32,000 bases of DNA from Fibrobacter succinogenes subsp. succinogenes S85 (GCF_000146505.1 NC_017448.1:1080001-1112000); one strand, 5' to 3'. Counted from the first letter of the stretch, positions 7,601 through 16,500 are shown. The notes: generated by a model not told the origin, from the sequence alone. Translations and numbers: made by a program.

Positions 7601-8454
7601 TAAAAGTAGTTGTCCACAATTAAAGTATCCCGACCATGATGTCCAACCACAAGAAGCTTTTCTCGGCTAAGGGATTTTTCACCGACATTAAACGAATTAG
7701 AAATAATTAGCTTGCCAACGGAAAAACCAACAAAAGCGCCATACGTACCATTGCTGCTAATAGTTCCTGCATTATACGAGTTCACGATAGTAAGTGGTTC
7801 GCTACCATCATAATTGCCAACAAGTCCACCTGCATAATATCCGCCTACGTAAGCCAAGTTGCGGGAATTCGTAATTTCAAGCGGTCCCGAATTCCCCACC
7901 AAGCCTCCCGTATATACCAAGCCTCCCGTATATAAATTGGAATAGACAGCGCCATCCACATAGCAATTTGTTATTACAGCGCCCCAAGCGCCTCCAGCAA
8001 TGCCGCCGACAGCACCTTTACCTACAAAGCTAACATTAATCAGTCCTAAATTTTTTACGACAGCTTTTTTCAAAACCTCCCACGGTTCACCGCTCAGCCT
8101 TTCCCTTATTTCGGCCCCCACATAACCAAACATGCCGACGTTATAAGCAGATGTATCTGTGCAAATAAGCCCTGAAATCGTATGATTTTGGCCATCAAAA
8201 GTACCATGGAAAGATTCAATCGGCGTCCAAAAAGCTGTATCCTTTACATTTTTCTCGTTCACCACGATGTCTTTGGTGAGCTTTCCGCATTCCGTCTTAA
8301 CTTCGGATTCATTTACGATTTTAGCATAGCCATAAAGCTCTTCGGCAGTTGAAATGGCATAGCAACCATCAGAATCAAGTGTGGGTTCCGACGGAACAAT
8401 CGTCCTTGCGGCATAAGCCACAGCCGCCAAAGCAAGAAATAAAAATCGTTTCAA
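4630..8454 (-). CDS. Large secreted GLUG-repeat surface protein: three GLUG modules, one Listeria-Bacteroides (Flg_new) repeat, a Ser-rich linker and a T9SS-like C-terminal sorting domain
   Basis: TTG start with GGAGG 5 nt upstream; signal peptide MKRFLFLALAAVAYAA. There are three homologous modules at about 7438-8370, 6391-7380 and 5125-6141. Each has a head (CY.IGTAEELYGF...C.KLTKDIVVN...F.GTFDG.GHTISGL), many GG[LI][VI]G (GLUG-type) turns, and a tail (L.....Y...G.DGS.W.Q......P.L). YVFKGWYASDDFSGEPVKSVPADAKGTQTFYAKW (6160-6363) is a Flg_new-type repeat. The last ~75 aa (4633-4863; ...YALMDLQGRLLQHGQANGSTVMLQVAKSGRYLLRVAGRNRIVNVR) follow the D..GR.....g.......G.Y.l.v pattern of Por/T9SS C-terminal domains. 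Confidence 0.85.
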   Translation of the reverse strand: MKRFLFLALAAVAYAARTIVPSEPTLDSDGCYAISTAEELYGYAKIVNESEVKTECGKLTKDIVVNEKNVKDTAFWTPIESFHGTFDGQNHTISGLICTDTSAYNVGMFGYVGAEIRERLSGEPWEVLKKAVVKNLGLINVSFVGKGAVGGIAGGAWGAVITNCYVDGAVYSNLYTGGLVYTGGLVGNSGPLEITNSRNLAYVGGYYAGGLVGNYDGSEPLTIVNSYNAGTISSNGTYGAFVGFSVGKLIISNSFNVGEKSLSREKLLVVGHHGRDTLIVDNYFYVDSWASSKYGINIDEKELKDGTLAQRLRNYNKDGIDGSVWGQWLGVDDIPQLSGKFVVGSSTLNIVAKTPSVVDGCYQIGTAEELYGFGFIANASLYSETPVCGKLTKDIVVNKNVLAKDTLNGNGGNFIPWFAVTNFAGTFDGAGHTISGLYFNDSLLRDAMGLFATVYAPDESRQVKIENVGIEDSYFYIFGSVGSLVGSVKTKSKTVTIKNCHGSSYLYGGAGGLVGSHAGDSLGIEDSYFDGVLESNNSSIGGLMSWATGKFYIVNSYSVADLKVNPDFMGSYNGSLVGTNNIESNSYVVNSYGADPLSKKESREAYPLVGLASAGSIEFINSFSEKTGTEIFCFNCGSEKDFGIIQVDADKFTDGSVAKLLHDYGESGINGLLWGQHVGYDAYPVFSGEVTTNFETSELKLVTFPEDTVKYSNSYIEGIKLSLPTPVRKDYVFKGWYASDDFSGEPVKSVPADAKGTQTFYAKWWHYPQMVGDCYELGDEGELILFSSFVDSLYRYSVNRPTLCTKLTNDIVLNKNVLVDGKLDSSKISSFVQWFPLNNYQGVFDGNGHTISGLYGYKGFFGKIESGNLIIKNLGIVDSYISGGNDVGGFVGEMYGKSLVIANSYFEGVVKGYENVGGLIGYTDRSQTLVLSSYHRGSVEGYADVGGLVGLSYEIYGSLMMMYSYNEGSVSSIWERSVGGLIGGEMTDFLHLSNSYNVATVTSKTSVVGGLVGSLKNDSAFIYNSYNLGNVSGTDSIGGVCGFKKDYVDLHLDAAYYLEGLQEGLGGTAVAAEDFANKNLLKRLQSYRDHGLDGSAWTQSDSDKYPVLNNKVSDKFIDSLLAVVTAPRSSSSSSVSSSSSSSSATEVSSSSAPQSSSSSVKSSSSSVPQSSSSSVKSSSSSVKSSSSSNVPKSSSSGKVSIASAFVASPVAIRTQGRMVEISGLRVGDSYALMDLQGRLLQHGQANGSTVMLQVAKSGRYLLRVAGRNRIVNVR
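4864..5073 (-). repeat. Ser-rich linker encoded by imperfect tandem DNA repeats
   Basis: The protein segment is SSSSSSVSSSSSSSSATEVSSSSAPQSSSSSVKSSSSSVPQSSSSSVKSSSSSVKSSSSSNVPKSSSSGK. On the + strand, recurring units such as gaactgct(g/a)ctagactgcgg(c/g)(a/c)cact(g/c)gacgaaga are visible around 4900-5010. Confidence 0.75.
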
Positions 8455-8473
8455 AATCGCCTCCTTCTTCTCA

Positions 8474-8508
8474 ATTAGAAAAGCACCCCGACTTTAAAGC
8501 CAGGATGC
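8474..8508 (-). terminator. Candidate intrinsic terminator of purT (folds only as minus-strand RNA)
   Basis: The minus-strand RNA is GCAUCCUGGC-UUUAAA-GUCGGGGUGC (8483-8508). This is a 10-bp stem including three G-U pairs, which would be C-A mismatches on the other strand. It is followed by UUUUCUAAU. It starts 29 nt after the purT stop. Confidence 0.55.
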
Positions 8509-8536
8509 TATACAAAATACAAAATTTTAGAACGAA

Positions 8537-9721
8537 TTAAAGAGTCACTTTGACTTTTTCGCGCATAGCCATGACAGCCGCCTTGGCTTCTTCGACGGTG
8601 TCGCGGCGAGCAAGGAGAACGCCCATACGGCGGTGGCCCTTGAGTTCCGGCTTTCCGAACAAGCGAAGGCCCGTATCCGGTTCTGCAAGCACATCTTCGA
8701 GGCCGCTGAACTTCACGTGGTCAGAATTGCCATCGACAACGATTGCCTTCGAGGCGCTCGGGCCGTGGAATGCAATGTTCGGAATCGGGAGACCGAGAAT
8801 AGCGCGTGCGTGCAATGCAAATTCGGAGAGATCCTGAGAAATGAGCGTCACCATGCCCGTATCGTGCGGACGCGGGGAGACTTCGCTGAACAGGACTTCG
8901 TCCTTGCAAACGAAAAGTTCCACACCAAAGATGCCGCGACCGCCAAGAGCGTCCGTGACCTTCTTTGCGATTACCTTTGCCTGTTCCAAAAGTTCCGGCT
9001 TCATCGGCTGTGGCTGCCAAGATTCCTGATAGTCACCGCCCACCTGATGGTGGCCAATCGGTTCCAGGAAGCTGGTGCCACCCACATGGCGCACCGTAAG
9101 CAAAGTAATTTCGTAATCGAATGGCACAAAGCCTTCGACAATCACGCGGCTGGCAGCACCAGTGCGACCACCCGTCTGGGAAATGTTCCAGGAATTTTCA
9201 ATGTCGGCTTCGGTCTTGATGACGCTCTGACCGTGACCGGAAGAACTCATCACCGGCTTTACAACGCACGGGATGCCGATTTCCTTGACCGCAGCCTTGA
9301 AATCTTCGTAGTTATCCGCAAAGCGGTACGGGCTCGTCTTGAGTCCGAGCTCTTCGGCAGCCAGGCGGCGAATGCCTTCGCGGTTCATCGTGAGCTTAGT
9401 GGCCTTTGCTGTCGGAATAACGTTGTAGCCTTCCTTTTCAAGTTCCACGAGCGTGTCCGTCGCAATCGCTTCGACTTCCGGCACGATGTAGTCCGGCTTT
9501 TCCTTTTCAATGACGGCACGGAGTTCCTTGCCATCGAGCATGTTAATCACGTAGCTGCGATGAGCCACCTGCATGCCCGGAGCGTTGGCGTAACGGTCCA
9601 CTGCAATCACTTCGACGCCAAGTCGCATCATCTCAATGATGACTTCCTTGCCCAATTCGCCAGAACCGCAAAAGAGAACTTTCGTTGCGGTAGAACTAAG
9701 AGGTGTACCGATTTCTGCCAT
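8537..9721 (-). CDS. purT: Formate-dependent phosphoribosylglycinamide formyltransferase (GAR transformylase 2)
   Basis: 394 aa. N-terminus [52 protein letters not shown] plus an ATP-grasp core ([40 protein letters not shown]) match PurT throughout. RBS: AAGGAG. Confidence 0.95.
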   Translation of the reverse strand: MAEIGTPLSSTATKVLFCGSGELGKEVIIEMMRLGVEVIAVDRYANAPGMQVAHRSYVINMLDGKELRAVIEKEKPDYIVPEVEAIATDTLVELEKEGYNVIPTAKATKLTMNREGIRRLAAEELGLKTSPYRFADNYEDFKAAVKEIGIPCVVKPVMSSSGHGQSVIKTEADIENSWNISQTGGRTGAASRVIVEGFVPFDYEITLLTVRHVGGTSFLEPIGHHQVGGDYQESWQPQPMKPELLEQAKVIAKKVTDALGGRGIFGVELFVCKDEVLFSEVSPRPHDTGMVTLISQDLSEFALHARAILGLPIPNIAFHGPSASKAIVVDGNSDHVKFSGLEDVLAEPDTGLRLFGKPELKGHRRMGVLLARRDTVEEAKAAVMAMREKVKVTL

Positions 9722-9776
9722 AAAAACTCCTTGTTGTGACTACAAATATAAAATTATTAGGCAACCATTAACGGAG

Positions 9777-9798
9777 ATGCCCGCTCGGTGGCGGGCAT
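9777..9798 (-). terminator. GC-rich hairpin downstream of the 572-aa lipoprotein gene (possible terminator; no U-tract)
   Basis: ATGCCCGC-tcggtg-GCGGGCAT is a perfect 8-bp stem, 19 nt past the stop at 9817. On the minus strand it is followed by CTCCGTTAATGG, not a U-run, so its function is uncertain. Confidence 0.35.
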
Positions 9799-9816
9799 GA
9801 CAATGAAATTTTGCGG

Positions 9817-11535
9817 TTAATTACTTTCGGCGTTTTTTATGCAACGGACAGAAAGCTGAGAGTTCGTAGAAAAATCCTCAATTGAAGCTTCGCGGACTAT
9901 GTATTGGAGATATGATTTATGTACTAAATGCACGCACTTTCCAGAATTACGAGAACTCCAAAAATACGCATCCGAACCCAACCCACCTTCATGGTACGTA
10001 CCTTCATCAAAAAAATTCACACCCCCAGGAAGTGCCGTAAAGCCAAACAAATCAGAACCATTTCCCGCATCCCCCCACATCTCTGAAGACTTAAGAACTT
10101 CTCCAGCATTATTTTTTGCGTCTGAATTTTGATCTAATTCATTAACAGCGTAAATAAGTCCTTCCCAATCCGCTAAGCTAGGCAAACGCCAACCATTAGG
10201 GCAAGCATTTTTAGCGGCCGCCAATGAATAGAGTCTCCCATATATTTCACAATTCGATTCTTTATTTTCATAGCAACGACTATTTTCTGTTTCATAATTC
10301 ACGTTTTCGGCCATCCAAGTTTCGGAGTAATCTTTATCCTTAACTTCAATCGTCGTGTACTTGTAAACCTGATAAGTTTTTTCTTCAGTGGTTTTATTTT
10401 CAAATTCGGCACAGAACAAGTGATCTGCATCCGCTATCTTGATTTTTTCATCGCCGCATTTTTCATAGACCACGGTCTTTTTGCCTTCAACGCATTCTTC
10501 TAATTCTATGTCATACGATTCGCCACCACAAAGATCATACGTTTTATCGTTTACACAGAATTTTTTATGCACATTATACAATTCGTCGCCGCAAGACTTG
10601 ATAAATTGTACAACTACGCCATCAACACATTCATCCGTATCAGGGACATATGTTTTGCCGTTGCAAAGAGGATACACACTGCCATCCGCCATGCAGAAAC
10701 TTTTTTCAGGGTCAAAAGGCTTTGAGCCGCAAAAGGCTTTGTAAAGCTTTGTCGAAGTCGCATCTTTGCCTTCGCCGCACTGGATTTGAACAATACCATT
10801 CTCATCACTGGCTATTTTGCAGCTAACGCCGTCAGCACCATTCGAGCCGTTGGTTCCGTCTGCGCCTTTAGTACCAGGAGTACCCGGTTCACCCTGTTTA
10901 CCATCAACACCATTGTGAATCGTTACGGACTTGTCTCCGCAGGTCACAACAACATCATCGCTATCTGCGGCTTTGGCGACAGAGCAAGACGTTCCGTCTT
11001 TACCGTTGGTACCATCCTTACCATTTGTACCAGGAGTTCCATCTTTACCGTTAGTGCCTGGAGCACCATCTTTACCATTGGTGCCGTTCTTCACGCTACC
11101 GATAGGCTTGCCATCACAGATAACATCAAATCCAGAACCATCCTTAAAAGCGGTCATAGTGCAAGACTTTCCGTCTTTACCATCGGCGCCATCTTTGCCA
11201 TCAGTACCGTCTTTTCCGTTCTTGCCATCGGTTCCGTTTTTACCATCTTTGCCGTTAGTGCCGTCCTTACCATTGGCACCATCATGACCATCACTTCCAT
11301 TAGAGCCACTGACAGCAGCGCCGGTAACGGCCGCCCAGCCATTATCCGTGCAAGCATATACCTTTACGGAATCGGACACATAAACAAACTTGCCAATAAT
11401 ATCTTTGTTGCATTCGCTCAAGTCGCTGAACGCAGTTACAGTTTCAGCAGAATTTCCAGAAACAGGTGTGAGTTCATCCTCACAAGCAGTGAAATACACA
11501 GCCATGCCAAACAACGGCAAAAGATATTTCTTCAT
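9817..11535 (-). CDS. Lipoprotein with three collagen-like G-X-Y runs, Cys-rich repeat modules and one C-terminal Fibrobacter major paralogous domain
   Basis: Lipobox VYFTA|C (Cys18) followed by the acidic EDEL; RBS AGGAGAAAATAAATG. Uninterrupted G-X-Y runs of 16, 11 and 10 triplets occupy aa 77-124, 151-183 and 209-238. Each run ends in S-C-x13-14-C-[GD]-x-K. CxxxxxYxLCxGxxYxxxxxECVxG repeats span aa 262-376. The C-terminal domain reads WMAENVNYE..CYENKESNCEIYGRLYS...CPNGWRLPSLADWEGL...FGFTALPGG...AYFWSS...SVRCIKN (9835-10374). Confidence 0.88.
   Translation of the reverse strand: MKKYLLPLFGMAVYFTACEDELTPVSGNSAETVTAFSDLSECNKDIIGKFVYVSDSVKVYACTDNGWAAVTGAAVSGSNGSDGHDGANGKDGTNGKDGKNGTDGKNGKDGTDGKDGADGKDGKSCTMTAFKDGSGFDVICDGKPIGSVKNGTNGKDGAPGTNGKDGTPGTNGKDGTNGKDGTSCSVAKAADSDDVVVTCGDKSVTIHNGVDGKQGEPGTPGTKGADGTNGSNGADGVSCKIASDENGIVQIQCGEGKDATSTKLYKAFCGSKPFDPEKSFCMADGSVYPLCNGKTYVPDTDECVDGVVVQFIKSCGDELYNVHKKFCVNDKTYDLCGGESYDIELEECVEGKKTVVYEKCGDEKIKIADADHLFCAEFENKTTEEKTYQVYKYTTIEVKDKDYSETWMAENVNYETENSRCYENKESNCEIYGRLYSLAAAKNACPNGWRLPSLADWEGLIYAVNELDQNSDAKNNAGEVLKSSEMWGDAGNGSDLFGFTALPGGVNFFDEGTYHEGGLGSDAYFWSSRNSGKCVHLVHKSYLQYIVREASIEDFSTNSQLSVRCIKNAESN
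10822..11307 (-). repeat. Collagen-like triplet-repeat coding region (three G-X-Y blocks: 11164-11307, 10987-11085, 10822-10911)
   Basis: GSNGSDGHDGANGKDGTNGKDGKNGTDGKNGKDGTDGKDGADGKDGKS / GTNGKDGAPGTNGKDGTPGTNGKDGTNGKDGTS / GVDGKQGEPGTPGTKGADGTNGSNGADGVS. At the DNA level these are repetitive 9-nt (GGN-NNN-NNN) periodic sequence. Confidence 0.9.
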
Positions 11536-11617
11536 TTATTTTCTCCTAAAAATCGGATATCGTAAATGTAATAAAAACTAATAAAGGAAAATTTCACCTA
11601 TAACAAATTACCCAGCA

Positions 11618-13585
11618 TCAATCCTTCACACAGCGGATGGTGAACGCATGATGCTTTTCAATACCGCTAAATTGAATTCCTTTGCCATTGTAATTATTTG
11701 AATTTTGGAGAGACATGTGATATGCCTCGTCTGTACTACTTTCTATAGAGCTCCAATAATTTACTGGTGGATTACAAAATCCGCTTGTGCCATCACGTTC
11801 CATATTGCAACTCGGGTACGCCGAAAACCCATAATCATCCGTTCCTTCCTCCACCCAATCAAAACCTTTTTCCAATTTCTTAGCAGACATGAGTTTTGAT
11901 GCGGCATCATATTCGCCACCAGCCGTCGCCACCAAGCTTTTCCATTCCGCCAAGGTCGGCAAATGGAAACCTTCAGGACAAACTCCGCGAACCGGGAAAT
12001 TCGGGGGACAAGACGTTCCTGAACCACATCCCTTACCATTTACGCTAAAAGCACCCACACTATCCATTGCCGAAGCCCAAGTGTAAAAACGGCCATACAG
12101 TTCACAATATTGGGTAGAGTCATGGTAGCAAAAACTACCTGCGGTCTTGTAATTGAGATTTTCGGCCATCCAAACTTGATTACCAATTTTAGTCGTTTTA
12201 TACGTTTGTCCATCACGAGAATCAACAACAGAATCCATAACGGCTGTTTTTCCAATTCTTTCAACTTTTGTCTGCAATCCATCATTAGAAGCACTTTCCT
12301 GTGTAGCCTCATCCTTCACACAACGAATCGGCATATCTTCACGTTTTAGACCGGAGTCAATCCCCACTTCTTTTTTCCCGTTCACATAAACATCAAGACG
12401 CATTCCAAGTGCATAATCATCTTCATTACCTTTATCGGAACTCCAATAAAAAGCAGACTCTGCACATACACTCTCAACGCCATCTTCTGTACATAGTAAA
12501 CTATTTCCATTAGCAACCATGGAAAATCCATTATCTGCCTTTGATTCAAAGATATCACACGCCGCCGTTTTACCACCTAAAACAGAAATCAAAGTATTCC
12601 ATTCGGTTGTATCCGGCAAATGCCAACCAATAGGGCAAATTCCACGCACAGGTCTCGTCCTATTTTTCTGAGAGTACGCATCTCCCATCGCTATTTTCCA
12701 CGTATAACTTCCATAATCTCCGCAATAATACCTTAAGCACTCATCATCGTGTTCGGCCTTATAAGCCAAATCTTCTGCCATCCAAGTCTGTTTGCCATAA
12801 GTCACCATCTTGTAAACATTTCCATCGCGAATATCTACAAATTGATTACTCGTTTCGCCGAAAGGCAAAGTTCTCTTTCCGATAAATTCATTTTTAGTTA
12901 AAGAATCATCTTTAAGGCAGCGAACAGAATACTTATTGTCCTTATTTTCTCCAAGCAAGAACGCTTCATCACTTTCGCTTCTTAACCCCATGAAATACGC
13001 AAGGCTATCATTGTAATAATCAGAACTCCAGAAAAAAGTTTCTCCATCGGAACTAAACTCCCCATTACTTTTTTCGTATCCACTTAGAAGCGCCGAAAAG
13101 CCAGAAGCATTCGTCGCCGTCTTATGTCCACGCGAACCCCCGCCCCAATTTTTTGACGTCTTAAGCGCTATAGCCGCAGAAACTTTCCCACCAAGAGCAG
13201 AAAAAAGCACATGCCAATCCGATTGCGTCGGCAAATGCCATTCCACAGGACATGATTCAAGCGCAGCCTTCCAAGCATAGAGACGGCCATTTTTATAGCA
13301 ATTACTTACAAAGCCATCATAGCATGTACTATTCGCCATTTCATAATTCAAGTTTTCAGACATCCAGGTTTGAGAACCTATCGTTACGATCTTGTAAATT
13401 TGACCATCACGTGAGTCCATCATGTGCATCCCGGAATCCGCTATAGAATCAGCAGATTCACGACTAGGCGACAAATCATTACCTGATGTTGCATTTACTT
13501 CATTAGATTCAGGTTTCGTCCCGCCACAAGCGACAAGGATCAAAAACAAAACTGCACCAGCAACAGTAAAAAATTTTTCTTTCAT
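11618..13585 (-). CDS. Lipoprotein with three Fibrobacter succinogenes major paralogous domains
   Basis: Lipobox LILVA|C (Cys20). Domain copies lie at about 12911-13423, 12311-12841 and 11621-12229. Each begins [MVF]DxRDG(Q/N)xYK..T.G.Q.WM.E(N/D)L and ends RC[LV]KD. Only 14 bp separate it from the upstream gene. Confidence 0.9.
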   Translation of the reverse strand: MKEKFFTVAGAVLFLILVACGGTKPESNEVNATSGNDLSPSRESADSIADSGMHMMDSRDGQIYKIVTIGSQTWMSENLNYEMANSTCYDGFVSNCYKNGRLYAWKAALESCPVEWHLPTQSDWHVLFSALGGKVSAAIALKTSKNWGGGSRGHKTATNASGFSALLSGYEKSNGEFSSDGETFFWSSDYYNDSLAYFMGLRSESDEAFLLGENKDNKYSVRCLKDDSLTKNEFIGKRTLPFGETSNQFVDIRDGNVYKMVTYGKQTWMAEDLAYKAEHDDECLRYYCGDYGSYTWKIAMGDAYSQKNRTRPVRGICPIGWHLPDTTEWNTLISVLGGKTAACDIFESKADNGFSMVANGNSLLCTEDGVESVCAESAFYWSSDKGNEDDYALGMRLDVYVNGKKEVGIDSGLKREDMPIRCVKDEATQESASNDGLQTKVERIGKTAVMDSVVDSRDGQTYKTTKIGNQVWMAENLNYKTAGSFCYHDSTQYCELYGRFYTWASAMDSVGAFSVNGKGCGSGTSCPPNFPVRGVCPEGFHLPTLAEWKSLVATAGGEYDAASKLMSAKKLEKGFDWVEEGTDDYGFSAYPSCNMERDGTSGFCNPPVNYWSSIESSTDEAYHMSLQNSNNYNGKGIQFSGIEKHHAFTIRCVKD

Positions 13586-13599
13586 ATTCCACCACCTAT

Positions 13600-16500
13600 C
13601 TAATCAGAATCTTTAACGCAACGGACCGAACGTCTAGAGTAATTGTCATAATTCTTATTAAAGTAAATGGTATAACTATATTTAGCAACTAGATATATGT
13701 AATACGCATTACGATCTTCTTTTGAAGCGGTCCAGAATACAGCACCCTCCCCTTCGGAACCGAATTCGCTACGCTCTCCCCAGCTAGCAACAGGAAGTGC
13801 GGAAAAGTCGTAATCATCCGAGCCATTACCATTCGCCCAGCACCAGTTTTTGCAAGTTTTCCAGCCGCTTTTAGATTTTAAATATTTACTGGCCGTAGGT
13901 CGTCCGCCCACCGAAGCGAATAAAGTATTCCATTCGGTTGTATCGGGCAGATGCCAGCCTGCAGGGCAAGCTTTCTCCGCATCAATCCATGTATAAAAAT
14001 GACCGTATTTAGAGCAGTTGTGGTAATCATTTTTGTAGCAACGGCTGTCATTTGTTTCATAGTTCAAATTTTGAGCCATCCAAGTCTGTGAACCAATTTT
14101 TACGGTTTTGTAAACTTGACCATCGCGATTGTCAACAAGAGAATCTTTAACAACGCTCGACACAGGAACCGTTGCAGATGAGGTCTTATTTTGCAGAGGC
14201 TTGTTCTTTACGCAACGAACAGAAATTGCATCATAATCTCTTCCAACAGCAAAGTATGCCCGTTTTGTTCCACTCTCCATTATTAAATAGGCATTGCTAA
14301 AACTAGGATTAACAGAGACAGACCAAAAATAAGCTTTCTCCCCCACCCCCTGATGGACATCCGGGCTTTGAATCACCTCAGAATAGTAATTGGATGTTCC
14401 TGCAGGCAATGCCGAAAAGCCATATTCATCCGTACCGTTTCCATTGCCAAGCCAACCACTTTTAGACTTGAGTTTTTCTCCCGCCCCTAAGAATCCGTCA
14501 TACTTTCGATATTTTGCACCAATTGTAGCAAATAAAGTATTCCAATCTTCTTCAGTCGGCAAATGCCAATCAGCAGGACAAGCATTATATGCCTCGCCCC
14601 ATTCATAAAGGCGACCATATTTTGCACAACTGTCAGGGTCTTTATGGCAAGTGCTAAATTCAGTTTTATACTTGAGATTTTCAGCCATCCAAGTCTGTTC
14701 CCCTATAGTAACGGTCCTGTAAGTTTGTCCGTCACGACGGTCTATAAGGAAATTCCCGCTCGAAAAAGGAGCAACAACTGAAGATACGGAAGGCAAAGAG
14801 TCTGCATCACTCTTTAAGTTTTCTTCTTCAGCATCATCCTCAACACAACGGACCGACATTCCGTCATTTTTATAATCGCCACCGCAGTGTTCAAAATCAG
14901 GATATTCCTTATCAGCACGGAGGCTCATATAATTTGGAGAACTTTTGTAATAGCCCGTAGAGCTCCAGAACATTGCAGACTCACCAATACCCTTGCCACC
15001 ATCTTTATTCCAATGTCCCGCAGGAAGTGCAGAAAATCCAAAATAATCATAGCCATTTCCTGCACTTCTACAAACTCTTTCAAAGGGTCTATGGTCATAA
15101 TCGCACCTTGTCCAACCAGTCTCAGACTTTAAAGCCAACCCCGAAGTCGTTCCCGGTTTCACAGTTTCAAACAACGTTTCCCATTCTGTTTCCGTCGGTA
15201 TATGCCAACCCTTAGGGCAAACGCCACGTAACGGGAATTTCGGAGGACAAGGTTTACAATAGCCGCAATCTTCATCATCATCTTTATACAAGCGAACGCT
15301 ATCTAAAGCAGCCGTCCACAAATAAAGGCGTCCGTATTTGGTACAGTTGCTATCCGCATTGTTATAGCAGAAACTATTCGGCGATTTGAATCTCAAATTT
15401 TCGGCCATCCAGTTTTGTGAGCCAATCTTCACCGTCTTATAAGTTTGTCCATCACGATGATCAACGAGCGTTCCTATAGCAAGATCTTTGATGCAACGAA
15501 CAGATGCTCCAAGTTTTGATAATTCCACCATCATTTTTATTCGAGGGCTATAGTAGTTGAAAAATACGCCATATTCATCAGATGTCCAGAACAAAGAATA
15601 TAAGCCATCTCGGCTATAACCTCCATCACTGAACCTAATGCCAGCAGGAAGCACAGAGAAACCAACACCATCATCAGCTTTGGCACTATCCCCAAACCAT
15701 CCCATCAATTTTTTAAGGCGTTTGCCCGCCAACAACGTTCCGCCTACAGCATCAATCAATCGATCCCACTCCCATTGAGATGGCAAATGCCAACCCACAG
15801 GACACACATTTTGTTTCAAATTTAAAGAAGAAGTATCCTTCATTGCATCCAATTTGTAGAGCCGTCCATATTTTTCGCAATTTTCATCTTTATCACCAAA
15901 GCAATAACTATCGGACGTTTTATACTTCAAATTTTCAGCCATCCAAGTCCAAGAACCAACCTTCAAAGTCTTGTAAGTTTGCCCATCACGAGAATCAACC
16001 ATAGTTCCAGTTTCCGTAGCTACAGAAGAATCAGCACCAACGCTCGTTTCTTGCGAAGACGAAGATGACGTTGCCGTAGCGGAAGAACTTGAAGACAACT
16101 TAGATCCCTTTAAGCAGCGGACAGATAATGCAACGTCATACGAATCCATTCCCAATTTCGCCCCATTGCTATAATAATTCAAAAACATTCCATACGCGCC
16201 TTTTTTTGGAACATCTGTAGAACTCCAAAAAGAAGCATATTCATTGGGGTTACTTTGAGGATCTAATTCATACAAAAAGCCAACAGGAAGCGCAGAGAAC
16301 CCATATTCATCCGTCCCATTGCCGTCATTTCGCCAGCCATCCGTAAATTTAAGGGCCATTCCGGCAGATTCGGCTCCACCTACCGTAGCAAACAAAGTGT
16401 TCCATTCCGTGGTATCTGGCAAATGCCAACCCGCAGGGCAAACCTCTACAGCACTACTCCAAGGATAAAGACGTCCATACCGCAAACAGTTGATAGGATG

